NCBI RefSeq assembly: GCF_001949145.1
Contig: NW_019091356.1
Location: 3,578,934 to 3,642,933 of the forward strand
Length of the DNA stretch: 64,000 bases
Direction of reading: 5' to 3'
From: Acanthaster planci
Taxonomy: Eukaryota
The notes beneath the pieces were generated by a model. It was given only the letters and a program-made list of their open reading frames with translations. It did not search any database and was not told where the DNA came from. The translations under genes and the position numbers were made by a program. The stretch's first letter is position 1, and the number at the start of each line of letters is the position of its first letter. Of this stretch, positions 39,931-52,712 are shown in pieces.

Positions 39931-41959
39931 AAACCCTGTACAGATAAAGTTGGGGTCGACAGCAGGTTCACTGACAAAGACGCTAGCGCTGGAAGTCATG
40001 AATGTGGAATCAAGATTTGTCTCACCCCAGTAATCTTATGAAGTCGTCACCTCATGAACATACATCAGCGCAGCTCACAGAAAGCACATGGTGTACGTTT
40101 CTTCACCTTACATTAATAAGGGGGACGGTCCAGCACAACATTTACTGCGTTCAACGTTCCATCCAACAAGTCATGTCGCACCCATCCTACATGTCAGGGA
40201 ATACATGAAAACATCGGTGAACTTTTGAAGAAAAAAAAAAAATTGCATTCAAAGTGTCTCACCTGGTGTACATGGACACGTGCATACAACACGAAAAACA
40301 ACCTGTCCATGGCCGTAATACCGTCTCATTTTGACTGGTGTTACTTTTCACACAGACCTTAATGACACTAAAGCGAGCATCACTACTTCTCATATTACAC
40401 CGCACTTCCGTGCAACACAACACCAACCGTCACCTTGTTTTTTTAGAGTTTAAAAAAAAAACAATTAAGGGGGGTCTTTTTTTCTTCTGAACTGTGACGA
40501 CGATTCCACCAAAGGGGTTTGCGCGTGATGTGCGTACAACAGCCTGTAAGCCTATTCCATTTATTAAAAGGGGGTGCTCATGAGGAACTGTTTCATTTAA
40601 AGCTACAATCTCCAGCTTTTCCATTATCTAAAAGGATTATTGAGGCACTCGGTCTATTTTCAAAATGTACATGTACACCAGCCTTTTGTTTCATGGGGAT
40701 TCTAGACAAGGATTCCCATTTCAGCTTCGCAATCCCCCTTTGGATCCTGCATGTGAACACGCTTACAATGCACACCTTGCGTCCTGATCACTTCAAGTTA
40801 ACACCCCCCAAGTTCCATGCATAACAGTGATCTAATCTGTACAACTCCCACCTTCATCATCAATTTTTTTTTCATAAAATATATGTGTAAAGGCCTCAAC
40901 TTCAGACAGCAATGGTTTAAAGGAAATCCTTCCCTTCAACATGACCGTTTTTCCACACTGTTATAAAAAACGAGTGATACATCCCATTCAAATTTTGTCC
41001 ATTGCTTTTGGGTACACGTGTAAGTAAAAAAATTCTTCATGTTGGATCAGAACGCACAACTGACCGTCGCCACAGAAACTCGGGCAACAAAGTTGGCACA
41101 GCACAGTCAAAAAGGAGTTGCGGCTATTTATCCTAAAGACAATTTTCATCTCGAAAATTACCTTTCCTGATATCACACGGGTTTGAACACTCGGAGTCAC
41201 AGTTGAAATTATCAATCGCAGTTTCGAAGACTCATCACGGTCTATCTAAGAAACAAAAGATGTGCACGCCATCGGCACATAATACCGAATGAGAAGAATT
41301 TGAACGTAGGGGGCACTTGTCACACAACCTTCTGTCCCCCCCTCCCACTAGACAGAATCAGCATGTGCGGACATCAGGGGAGATGTACAGATTGTAGGTA
41401 ATGTACACTGAACATTCTACATGTACGGAAGCCAAAGTAAACATGTTTTTGTCAGTGTATCACGACTGGGCTAAAAATACACCTCGGCTGGCCTTAGTGA
41501 TAATCAATAGTCCATGACAACAATACATTGCTCGTAATAACAAGAGGAACGAGAGCTTTTTTTTTATCTCCAATGCCCATTCTCTCTCTCTTCCATTTCA
41601 GCTTTTTTTTTTCAAGTTCTCCTTTCGCTGTTGATATGCCTACGCATTACACACCAGGGTATAACAAAAAAGCCTGCCTGGACCTGCATGCGTGTGCGTG
41701 CCTGGATGGAGAATTCAAGCTTATTTACTCTAAAAATAAGTGAGTGTTACTATTTTTGGCAGGCAGGCCGAATCTCTATTACTGATGACAGGAGCACGCT
41801 GTGAATTCAAGCAGGGGACTGCGCTTCGTGTCCAACTGTTAATATCAATTGCTCTGTGTAGAGTTGATGATTTCAATGGTTTTTAGTTCTTTTAGTGGCT
41901 GGTGGGAACATAATCAGAGATAAGACGGCCATTGACACGTTAATATTTCAGCTCTTCAT

Positions 41960-43335
41960 TAGGCCATTTATACATGTATACATGCACCTGTACAGTCACT
42001 CTGCACATGCGCATTTATGTGTGCATATAGTACATGAACAATGCGCTGAAATGTCAACAAAGCGTGGGCGTCCACGTCAATCTGTGTATATGTACTCCGT
42101 GAACTCTTTCATGCGTACTTATCAGTACATGTGTATACTGTACATCTGCATGTATGTCGCATGTACAGTTTGTGNNNNNNNNNNNNNNNNNNNNNNNNNN
42201 NNNNNNNNNNNNNNNNNNNNNNNNNNNNNNNNNNNNNNNNNNNNNNNNNNNNNNNNNNNNNNNNNNNNNNNNNNNNNNNNNNNNNNNNNNNNNNNNNNNN
42301 NNNNNNNNNNNNNNNNNNNNNNNNNNNNNNNNNNNNNNNNNNNNNNNNNNNNNNNNNNNNNNNNNNNNNNNNNNNNNNNNNNNNNNNNNNNNNNNNNNNN
42401 NNNNNNNNNNNNNNNNNNNNNNNNNNNNNNNNNNNNNNNNNNNNNNNNNNNNNNNNNNNNNNNNNNNNNNNNNNNNNNNNNNNNNNNNNNNNNNNNNNNN
42501 NNNNNNNNNNNNNNNNNNNNNNNNNNNNNNNNNNNNNNNNNNNNNNNNNNNNNNNNNNNNNNNNNNNNNNNNNNNNNNNNNNNNNNNNNNNNNNNNNNNN
42601 NNNNNNNNNNNNNNNNNNNNNNNNNNNNNNNNNNNNNNNNNNNNNNNNNNNNNNNNNNNNNNNNNNNNNNNNNNNNNNNNNNNNNNNNNNNNNNNNNNNN
42701 NNNNNNNNNNNNNNNNNNNNNNNNNNNNNNNNNNNNNNNNNNNNNNNNNNNNNNNNNNNNNNNNNNNNNNNNNNNNNNNNNNNNNNNNNNNNNNNNNNNN
42801 NAAACACAACCGTTACACTTTCCCACAGCGTCAGTTTTATGCCTTGTACATGTAGTGCATGTAAATGTACACACATGCATACGACGTTTGTACCACTGAA
42901 CCAAAAGCAGTACATTCCATTCATGTGGTATGACTTGGAGAGTTTCACTGTCCAGTTGTACTTGGCACATGCAAGCATCCACACAGACCACACCAGTACA
43001 TGTACATATTGTGTACGTAAAATGTCAGTGATAGGAATAAATCCACTGACCAAAACGGCTCCAAAAGGAAGAATCTGCCAGGTCAAACCCAACTTAGACA
43101 TATTGTAAAAATGACCAGTTTCTTTGTGCACAGACGTAGCTGTTGAAATTTGGCCCATTTACCACACGTGTACCGTGTACAGGTATGGATGAGATCACAT
43201 GTACACTGTACATGTACACCAATGCGTGTACTAGGAAATACAGACACACCAATGAATGATACATACATGTACATGTACATCATGTGGACCTTCTGTACAT
43301 GTTCAATGTACATTGCACTGTACATGTACATGTCT
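41960..43335. repeat. ACATGT/TACATG-rich simple repeat region including assembly gap 42175-42800
   Basis: Dense acatgt/tgtaca motifs on both sides of the gap. Confidence 0.7.
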
Positions 43336-46300
43336 ATGCCCACATCAGCCATTTCCTCTGGTCTTAGCATTGAGCTTTGCGACCGTGGAGTCTCCAGTTC
43401 AAAGTGGGTTCCTTTTTTTTTTCTTCTGCTAAGGGCTGTCAACCCAGGTTCATCTATACAATGATGCTGCAGTTGTGGAATCTTTCCATTTCAAACATCG
43501 ACTGCTGGCCTTGTTCCTAGGGCAGGAAGTGGAGGTTCCTGGAGCCTCGTCTCAAAAACAAGACCAGGGTTTAAGAAAAGGGCACGCGGACGAGGCCGCG
43601 ATCAACGTGAACGTGCCATGGGCTTTCACTGCATCGTTCACATGCAGCCAATCACATGTACCGGTACCTTCAGCAAGACAACAGGAACTCGGCACATCCC
43701 TTGAAATGTGCACAAACTGATAATGAGACTACGATTAGTCCAATAATCCATAATTTCCTTTGATCCCAATGGCAGCAGCTGCTCTTCACGCTCAATGGTC
43801 GAAGACCCTCTGCGCTTTAATTACAATACAAACAGAAATACAAAAATTAAAAAAACTTACTAGATGCTGTTAATGGCTGTTTGAGATCACAGGGTATTTT
43901 TCTTTCAGTTTCACCGGGAATTTATAAATTGCACGCAATCTTTGTTAATATAACTTTGAAATAACGCAGCGAAATATCTGTACAATGTGTACGCTCAATG
44001 CTGGCTTTTTTTTAAGTTAACGGGAGACAACATTTGAAAGTCGGTTACGGTAAGTACAGAAATGCATTCAACAAAACCATCCGCGTTCTTTGTCCCCATA
44101 TAGAGAGAAACAGCACACAAATGTGTTGGTATCACTTGGAAATCAGTTCAGTAGACTCATTTTAACACTTTATTTTTCTTTGAAAGGGAAAAGAATGTGG
44201 TCCAATAAATGGCGATGCTTGGAAATCAACTGTTCTGTGAAACAGCATCTTCCAAGCTTGGAAATTCTCTCAGTTTGCATGGTGGCCAAGCTACGTGGCT
44301 CTGAATTTTGGCCTCGCTGACTTGTCTCTTTCTGATTTTTGTTTATCTGGCAGCTTCACCCGACCTGGATCTTCCCAGTTCCAGACTGGCATTTGCCAAT
44401 GTCTGCCATGTGCAAACAAGCATAGCGATAGCGGCAGGGAAACGAGGGGGGGGGCGTCTCTTGCCAAGTCAACCAACAGGTTGAAAGGTTCATGTGTGCA
44501 TTGAATGCAGGGCCCAATTCACTTGCATGAAAATGAAAACTCCCACACAACCTCAAACTTCAAAAAGACCATTTCATGTACATAAGTTAAGTACCTCCCC
44601 CCTTCCCACATTTTCATTTGACACGGAAAAATGGTATGTGAGACTTACTGTATAAAGGGATATTTTAGGTTATAAACAGAAATGGTCAAACCAGTTTGCC
44701 CAGTGTGTCATGAACTACTGCGCTTCTTCAGAATCCTTGCTCAAAAAGTTCACAGCAGCAACACAAAAGGCAGCAGCTAAAGGGAACACTTTACAATCCC
44801 TGAGGTTTCATTTGTCCTGTGCTGAATTATTCAACTGGCGTAAACAACTCCTTTCGTCCGCAAGGGGCCCGTTTCATCCGGGGGATTACAGAATCAATGG
44901 ACAAAGACAAGGCTGGCCTGAGATGCCCTAACCTGCTTCTCGTCTGGGGTCACCCTCTGCCGATGATGAGGATGACTTTGCAAGAGGGACATAGCGAACA
45001 GAGGCAGAGAGACAGGGGAGTCAATGCGGATTGTCTGGAAGCATGATGTTACAATAGGGGTATCTTTGTTTTCTATTGATCAAAAATCAATAGAGATTTC
45101 CAGCCCCCCCCCTTCTTGACTAAATACTGCACAAGGACAACGGGGGGGGGCATACATGTAAGCAGCTTTTGTTTGAAGACAGGTTCTTTCAACCCAAGGA
45201 TAGTAACGGCTAGCGTTTTTCCGAGAATGGAAAAACTAAGCTGGACATCTATCATTGAAGATCACAAGTAAACGAGCATGTACTTGACTAGTGTGCATTT
45301 CTCGTACGACACATACTGTACATGTACCTGTTGTGAAATGTCAGGTTTCCAACACTGCACAACTCATTCTTTGCACCGTATCATGTAGCGCCAGCCTCAG
45401 ACACACAGAAATGATTTAATTTCATAACATTACAATAATGTGATGTAAAACCAAATAAAGAGCGTTGGACAGGAGGATTTTGAACCAGTAGAATTCAAGG
45501 AAGGTTCCAGCCTCCCACCCTAAAATTTAGGAATTATGGCAGTGTTGTCTTATGTACAAGATTAATTGAAACAGATGACTTGTTAACATTTGACTTGACA
45601 GAGCTAAATATCATGTTTGACGGTAGAGATATCAATAAGTCTGATCACGCACGGCAGGGAAAGTCTTGGGGAAAAATGACCTCAGGAAGCCGCGATGTGA
45701 TCTCCAATATGTCAAAATAAGCTTGGCATTTGCAGGAATCTGGGATGGTCTATCTTTTTTCCCCTTTTTCTCTCTCGTGAAAACAGGCAATGCGATCCGG
45801 GCCAAATCAATGCTGCTCTTTTTTTCTGACTTGTGCAACCCGACACCCAGCGCAAACACCAGGGCTGCAGACGGATGTGAAGACCTGGCTTGTGGAGCCT
45901 CTCTCGTCTCTCCTCTTGTTTTTTTTTTTCCTGGTGAATTACATTTTTTTTCCTTCAAACTAACTGACCACCGTGTCAACATGAAGTGAGCCAAGCAACA
46001 GGCATAACAGAACAGTACTTCATTTTTAATAATGGCAAATGTAAAATGAATGAGCCATGTGTTATGAATCAAATCATAATTTAATACGGTTATACCAGAA
46101 CTACGGGACACGGAACCACCTATCAAGTTGAAGTCCAGGCACTGAACATGATACATGCGTGTACAACACAATACAACAAACACAACACTACTCTCCCTAT
46201 TAAATTGCAAGTTCTTGTTTCAGGGCCGTTTATGACCTCTCTGATCTTATCAATCTAGAGCAACCCCCTCCCCCAAAAGAGACAAACTCAGTAATCAGTT

Positions 46301-47299
46301 ATTAGCTGGGGCTACTAAATTCCAATCTATCGCTTATTCTAACCAAACACTAGGTGCTGGTACGTTCTCCGTCAATCCCGGTTTTTTTTATACTTTCATC
46401 CCAACAAGTTTCAGTTTCTGGTTGGAGCCAGGAGCAACAATGAGTGGGCTAAATATAACCACTGCTTTTGGGGGGGCTCTGATATGGCTTTCACTTTGGG
46501 GTATCGGAGATTTCCATCACAGGCAGCGAACACCGGGCAAAAGAATACCACATTGAAACGCGATAGGGGAAAAAAAAAGGGAAGAAATGGACAAGTTGCA
46601 CAATCACCATTCCAATTTGATTACAGCGCCGACTATATTGTTGAACGAGGATATTTACACCAACCGCAGAAGTTCACGAGATCACAGGGACTGGTCAGTT
46701 CTCCTTACTATGAGCAACCCGCACACGTTCAGTATTTGTCTTGAGAACCCAGTGGACAGTTGGGGGGTTCAAAGTTCAACACCAAGATCCTTGTGATTTT
46801 CTCCCCTGTAGCAGCATGCTGTATTTGCCAGAAGGAATTCGACAAAATGAAGCCATGCGAGGTCACCTGTACCCAACAGAATCAACCAGAAACCGGCACG
46901 GATTATCGGGATCTCCCTGACCCACTTTCAATCATTTCAACCATTCCAATCATTTCTGTCCATGGCATCTGTATTCACATTCATGGTCAAACATTTCTTT
47001 TCAACATGGACCTACAATGGGCCGTGTCAAAGTTCCATATTTCCTTCAAATTTCTTTCAATCTTTTTCAGGTGTTGGTGGTTTCATATGAAAATTCATTG
47101 CTTCTACAAAGATGGCACGGGATAAAAGATGGTGTAAGCTTGTGCAAAACTCTGGCAACTCATATTGATGGCAAACGTCTTGTAAACGGATGAGTTTGTA
47201 AAAATTCTAAAATTACATGTACTTCGTAGGGGAGAAGTTTTTTTATGATTTTTTGGCTGGAAAAAAATTCCAGATCTCTTTTTTGATCATGGTTGATGC

Positions 47300-47565
47300 A
47301 CTTAAGCTTTTCTTTCCATTGTTTTCTTTTTGTTTGGGGGTCTTATTTGGACTATTTGGTTGGGTGGTTGTTGGATTTTCAAGGTTCAGTTGCCAGGTTT
47401 CAGATTCAGGGTTTACAGGTTTTGGGTGCTAGGTTTCGGTTTTCTCTTTTGAGGTTTCCAGGTATTTGGGCATTGGGTTTTTGAGTTTAGGGGTTTCAGG
47501 GTTTGGGTTTTTTTTACTTTGTGTGTAATTTTTTTAGGCAGGGAGGGTTGGCTTTGAGTTTTTGA
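47300..47565. repeat. G/T-rich low-complexity tract
   Basis: Repeated ggttt/gggtttt/aggtttc motifs with strong strand bias. Confidence 0.5.
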
Positions 47566-48590
47566 GAATGGATGTTCATTAAAAAAATTGTATAGGGCAG
47601 GATATCTGTTATGCAATATTTAAATTTATGGGCCATATTCACACCGATAAAGTAGAACTTCAGCAACATTTCGACACATGGGATTTCCATTCAGAGTGCA
47701 AACAACATATCCCTGGCTTCTAGGGGTTCTTGGAGGACTCTAGGAAAATGCCGTTTAAATGAAAAAAAATCACAAAAATCGATACACGACAGAGATTAAA
47801 TTTGGTTTTAAAGCAAGGGCAAGGTTTGTCAGTTTAAAAAAAAAACACACACACACACATGGGCATAACTTCCTCTTGTGAAACCACCACTAACTAAAAG
47901 CAATCTGGAAACTTGGCAAGGTCAGCACAGGTGGAAATCTGTTCATGTCTTTGTCTATTTCTTCAATACGAGTGACCTTGCTTTTGCCAGTGCATGTGAA
48001 TTTAGAAGTCAGGGACACAGATGAATTGAATGGCTGTATTGAAAATGGATTTTTTTTCTCTACCCCCCCTTCAAAAGTGGGTCGCAGGGATCCTAGATTC
48101 CTAGCGTTAAATAGAATGGCTTTGGGCTGAAAGGATAACTGAATGCAAACGCACTTTGTTATTGATGCTATTTTTAGTTTCGACATCCGTAGGGGAGCAG
48201 AATTATTACATAAACAAGATATTTTCAAATACACGATTTCGTTTCCGAATTCGTATGCAGCACATGCATTAGCATTGTTGGATGTCACTCTTGAATGAAT
48301 TGCGTCTTGGGAGGTGATTCAAAATTTTCAGGAACTCTGTTCAACTGAAATGATATTTTCAAGGAAATGTTACATCTGTAGTAAGTTTGAGCTTTTTTAC
48401 TGGTTCAAAGGTTGTTTTGTCTCTTCGATTTGGGGCTCATTTTTGGGAGGGTGCCAAGTGGAGTGACTTGTGACCCCTGAAAAACATTTGGAGGTACAGG
48501 ACCTTTCTCATCTACAATGTACATCTGCTGCATGTACATGTAGAAAAGTGGAAAATGCACCTGCAAATAATCACAGATCCGTAACAGCAC

Positions 48591-48936
48591 TGTCCCAACT
48601 ATAGTTGGGACAATCCCAATTGTAGTGCTGCAGTTGGGCTGGCCCAACTATTGTTGACCAATGTCTGTGGAAAATGTCTCAACATTATCCAAGTCAATGT
48701 GTCTCACACGTGACACAATTCATATAAAATGTGGCACTTCATCTGTTCATCTATTCCTATGACCAATGACATGACATTTGTAAACAATATGACTTTGGCA
48801 CATGCTGGTCACATCATGCATACTGGACCCCTCTGCTGTAGTTGGGCCGGCCCAACTGTAGCACTATAGTTGGGACGGGCCCAACTATAGTTGGGACGGG
48901 CCCAACTATAGTTGGGACTGAGGCTATAGTTGGGGT
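48591..48936. mobile_element. Foldback-like element with arms built from palindromic CCCAACTATAGTTGGG units
   Basis: 48592-48650 is an inverted copy of 48839-48897, with extra units to ~48935. Direct repeat GTAACAGCAC at 48581-48590 and 48937-48946. Confidence 0.65.
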
Positions 48937-51900
48937 GTAACAGCACCACTCTGATTACCATGCAGACTTGCAGAAATACTGCTTTGGTGTTCTACAAACC
49001 ACATACCATACATGTACATGTATGTACATATAGCATACATCAATAAAGGATTAGCTGCGAGAGGTCCTCGATCCATGAAAACAGTAGCAAACCACACCTG
49101 GCCCTGGGTTAAGAAGACTTGAAGAAGTTGGGGATCAAAGTAATACAGTCCTCTTAAACACTTTACAATATGCATGGATACAGTCATAAAAAATGCTGAT
49201 TCGGTACGAGAATAAAACCTGACAAACAGGCCTCACTCCTCCAATTTCAATATCATTTGTCACAATTTAATGGACAAGCGATAAAGACCGCATATTTGGT
49301 TGAAGGGCAAATCTACCGGTACACCTCCCTCAATAGTTTACTAAAAAGAATGGGGTCAGACGTGTCACCATGCAACCAAACAATTTTCATTTTGGGGGGA
49401 AAACGTGTCATATTTCGGTTTTTAGAGTTTCAAGCAGACAAACCTAATTCCTACAGGTAGATATACTCTTTTGATCGAACAGTCTGTCAGAGTCTCCGTG
49501 GATTTCATAGTTTTGGAAATTTCCCAAATAAAGCTATTTCTACTTCTGTGGAGGGATTTTTTTTTTAAATACCCGGCAGATGTTTCTCAGTTTCTGCTTC
49601 CGCACTTGCCCAAGAGTTTGTCTCCCTTTGGTGAAAGCACTCCCCTCCTTCCGAAGAGAAAGTGAAACGTTATAAGTCTAATATTATTTTCCTGTATAAG
49701 GAGACTTCTGACCAAATATTCCACAGGGCTGAAAATGCTTAACAACTGCTTCCCGCAGACTCCTTCACCGACCGCTAGCAAACTGACTACCAGAACCCTA
49801 ACTAAACACGAATAAACGGTGTAAAGGGAGTCAGGGGTCAGACATGTATAACTCAGTCTGGAGAGTCCCCACCCTTAACAAGTTATACAAGTTGCTAGAT
49901 TTCCTCCCTAACAGGTACATGAAATGCAGGGTTCTCACTCGCTAGGTTTTTTTTTTTTTTTTTGTTCATGGTGTGCCAAACAGTTGGTAGTAGAGTTCAT
50001 CAGGGTACCAGACCCCGGGGGAGATTGCTCAGATTGGGCAGTGCCTGCAGGGCTAAAATTAATATCGGAACGGATGACCTCATTCACGCAGAGACTTTCA
50101 GCTCCCGATAAAAGGTTATGACAGAACGCATAACAATCCCGAATTAAGAGGAGAGAGGGTTACATGCCCAAAATTACACTGCACTTTATTCACAAATAAC
50201 AACTGTTCGGCACACGCTAGTAGCACCTGACAGCCCTTAGTCAGACTGTCCACACTGTTTGGAAATAAATTTTCCTGCAGCCTCTTAAGTTGTTGGGTCT
50301 GTTCTATTTACATCACAGTCGTGTTTTTCCTACAAGTGGCTGCTAAAAAAAAGTCTGCCCGTCAGTACAAAATTTAAGGAATAATTCATACATTGTCAAA
50401 TATCCCACACAGCTATTAGACCACTAGATAATAATACACCTACTACTGAATGCTAAATGAAAATACAAACCTCTTTAAAATTAATGGCACAATGTGTACA
50501 GTTTGAAGGAATCTGAGGTTAAATAACAAAAAAAAAAGAAAAAAACAAAGGATGATTTCCCTGCAAACTTTGGCCACCTGCACAAATTACAGGCAAAATG
50601 AGAGGGGTCTATTCAAAAAGTGCATGAGCTGAGGAGTTTTTGTTTTTGTTACTTCTTGTTTTGTGTATGTATTTTCAACGTTAGAAAAGGCATCCAGGTT
50701 TTTCTTCAGCATCACAGGCACTGTACGGAAAAGAAACAATCCTTACTGATGAAAATACGTGAAAACAGACATTACGTAACTTGTGATATATACATGTACT
50801 TCCAATGTTCCAGTTAAACAGTAATGCATGCAAAATAAATTGCTACTTCTAAAGAAATTGGGAAAATTAAACTCCTAATTACAATGAAATTATAAGTTTA
50901 AATGGTTATGAAACAGACATCTGTACCTTTCCTACTGAGTTCAGAATACCACAACACAAAAAGGTTACAACTCAGTAATTTGACTGCAAGTTCGATGACA
51001 CTTTCACAGACTATATATAGCGATTAACTATTTGTATGAGTATAACTAACTTTGATAAAAGGAATTTAAATGATACCACAGAGCAAAAGGTGTTTGATCT
51101 CTTGTATAAATTCGCTTTGAAGACAGACAATATCCACTTTTGTCTGCGTACCCGTATCAGTTGTTTTATATCTAGTGCTGACTCGCATTTAAGCAGAACG
51201 TCATTCTAGTTGTAAGACCGTTTTGAAGGCATTCTAAATTACATTTTGGTCACGATTGTTGGATTTGCAGAATTGGTTGACTGTGCTGTTTGTGTGATTG
51301 GTTGATTGCGCAAGAAATCTGAAACACAAGACTCCAACGTCAACCGATGAAAAGGATTTGTAAGACAACAAAAGGGTACACATTCATGCCACAAAATACA
51401 GAGTACCTACAAGCACAAATGTACCTGTTGGTTACAGCATGCCAACGCGATGTACGGTACAGGCCGGCAAACTTCTCGGGCAATGTCAGCTTTAGACAAT
51501 CCAGGCATGATTTGCAACATTTTTAGCCTACAAGAATTATGATTATGTTCTTAGTTTTATTTGGGACAAATAATACTTGAGAACAAAATGATCCATGCTT
51601 TCTTCTGATGCCTGAGCAGAGACAGAGGTACATAGCCATTTTAACAAGTTCAAGGATAAAACTGCAAAATTCATTTCGCAAAGAACGCCATACACGGATG
51701 CCACTATTTATTTTCCCTACTATTACCTACCAGTACTTCCTGAACAGGTAGGCCTTACTGATTTCCGAGGTTTGATGGTTCCGTGTGCACGAGTGTCATC
51801 TACATTATTGGCAAAAAAAGAGCTTTTTCCTTCCATCCTGACCTTTATATAAATCCCTCGACGATCCGCACAAATAGGGGAAGATTTGATCAACAAAGCG

Positions 51901-52597
51901 CAAACGGAAGTTTTCTCCAGTACGACTGCATGGCAATTTTCAAACTGCCCTTGCGTATGGAACCATCAAACATCAGTAATCAGTAAGGCCTTCAGAGTAG
52001 TGCTTTCCTGTTCTGGAAGTAACCGTTACCTATCTGAAGGCAATAAACATCACCTAACATGCCTAAAAAGTCAAATTTAACAGGGAAAACCTTCAGGTGG
52101 GCCTATTCACGTAGAAATCACTTTGAATTTTTCAGGCCATTCTCCTAGGGTTTGTGCACATGCACACGCACACAGGGTGTCAAGTGTCATACAGGGTGTC
52201 ATACAATTGAATTGAGTCCTCCTTCATGACATAAACATCCACTTCAAAATGGTGAGCAACTGAGCTGAGCTGACATGCTCAAAGAACTTTTCAGAGAGCA
52301 CCAGGCCTAACGTTACATCTTATCATGACTTAACACACCACAACAGAAACACAGATTAAAATGTACTGGCCTGCACACGGCACGCATCACACACACAACA
52401 TAACGTCAACACGGCCTATGGACATGATGGAGTGCTACACATAACTCAACAAGACCGTAAGTTATACACCAACACAGCTAACCGTACAACTAGGCTACGC
52501 CAGACACCACTCGCGTCTCCATTCTTTCTCGACGATTTCCAAAGTAACAAGCAGCCAGCAGGCGACATTAGACAGCACATCTTACGCTTAGACTTAC

Positions 52598-52712
52598 CTT
52601 AAGAAAGGAAACGGGCTCGTTTAACCTGGGCACCAAACGTACAAAATATTGCGATGAAAACTTTCCCCTTTCCCGACGGGCCGCTCAGTGATGAACTCTA
52701 CACGCCATCTTG
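52598..52712 (-). promoter_or_regulatory. HDAC4: Putative non-coding first exon / main TSS region of the HDAC gene
   Basis: Consensus donor AAG|GTAAGT after 52598. YY1-type motif CAAGATGGCG at 52712-52703. CpG-rich context. ACATGT-rich sequence stops here. MEF2 site at 52983. Confidence 0.55.

Larger units (their letters stand above)
1..52712 (-). other. HDAC4: Class IIa histone deacetylase gene (HDAC4/5/7/9 family), 5' portion; continues past position 1
   Basis: Chain of phase-compatible GT-AG exons encoding family motifs: Q-rich helix; SANPSEEVKEKLHKFLL (cf. HDAC4 SAVASTEVKMKLQEFVL); [27 protein letters not shown] (cf. FPLRKTASEPNLK.RSRLKQKVAERRSSP); PGSGPSSP; LYTSPSLPNISLGLP. The 5' end is inferred from a promoter-like region at ~52.7 kb. 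Confidence 0.93.

Noticed and set aside
41895..43158. Long ORFs (230-350 aa) in all frames
   Set aside because: Artefacts of reading through the N gap 42175-42800.
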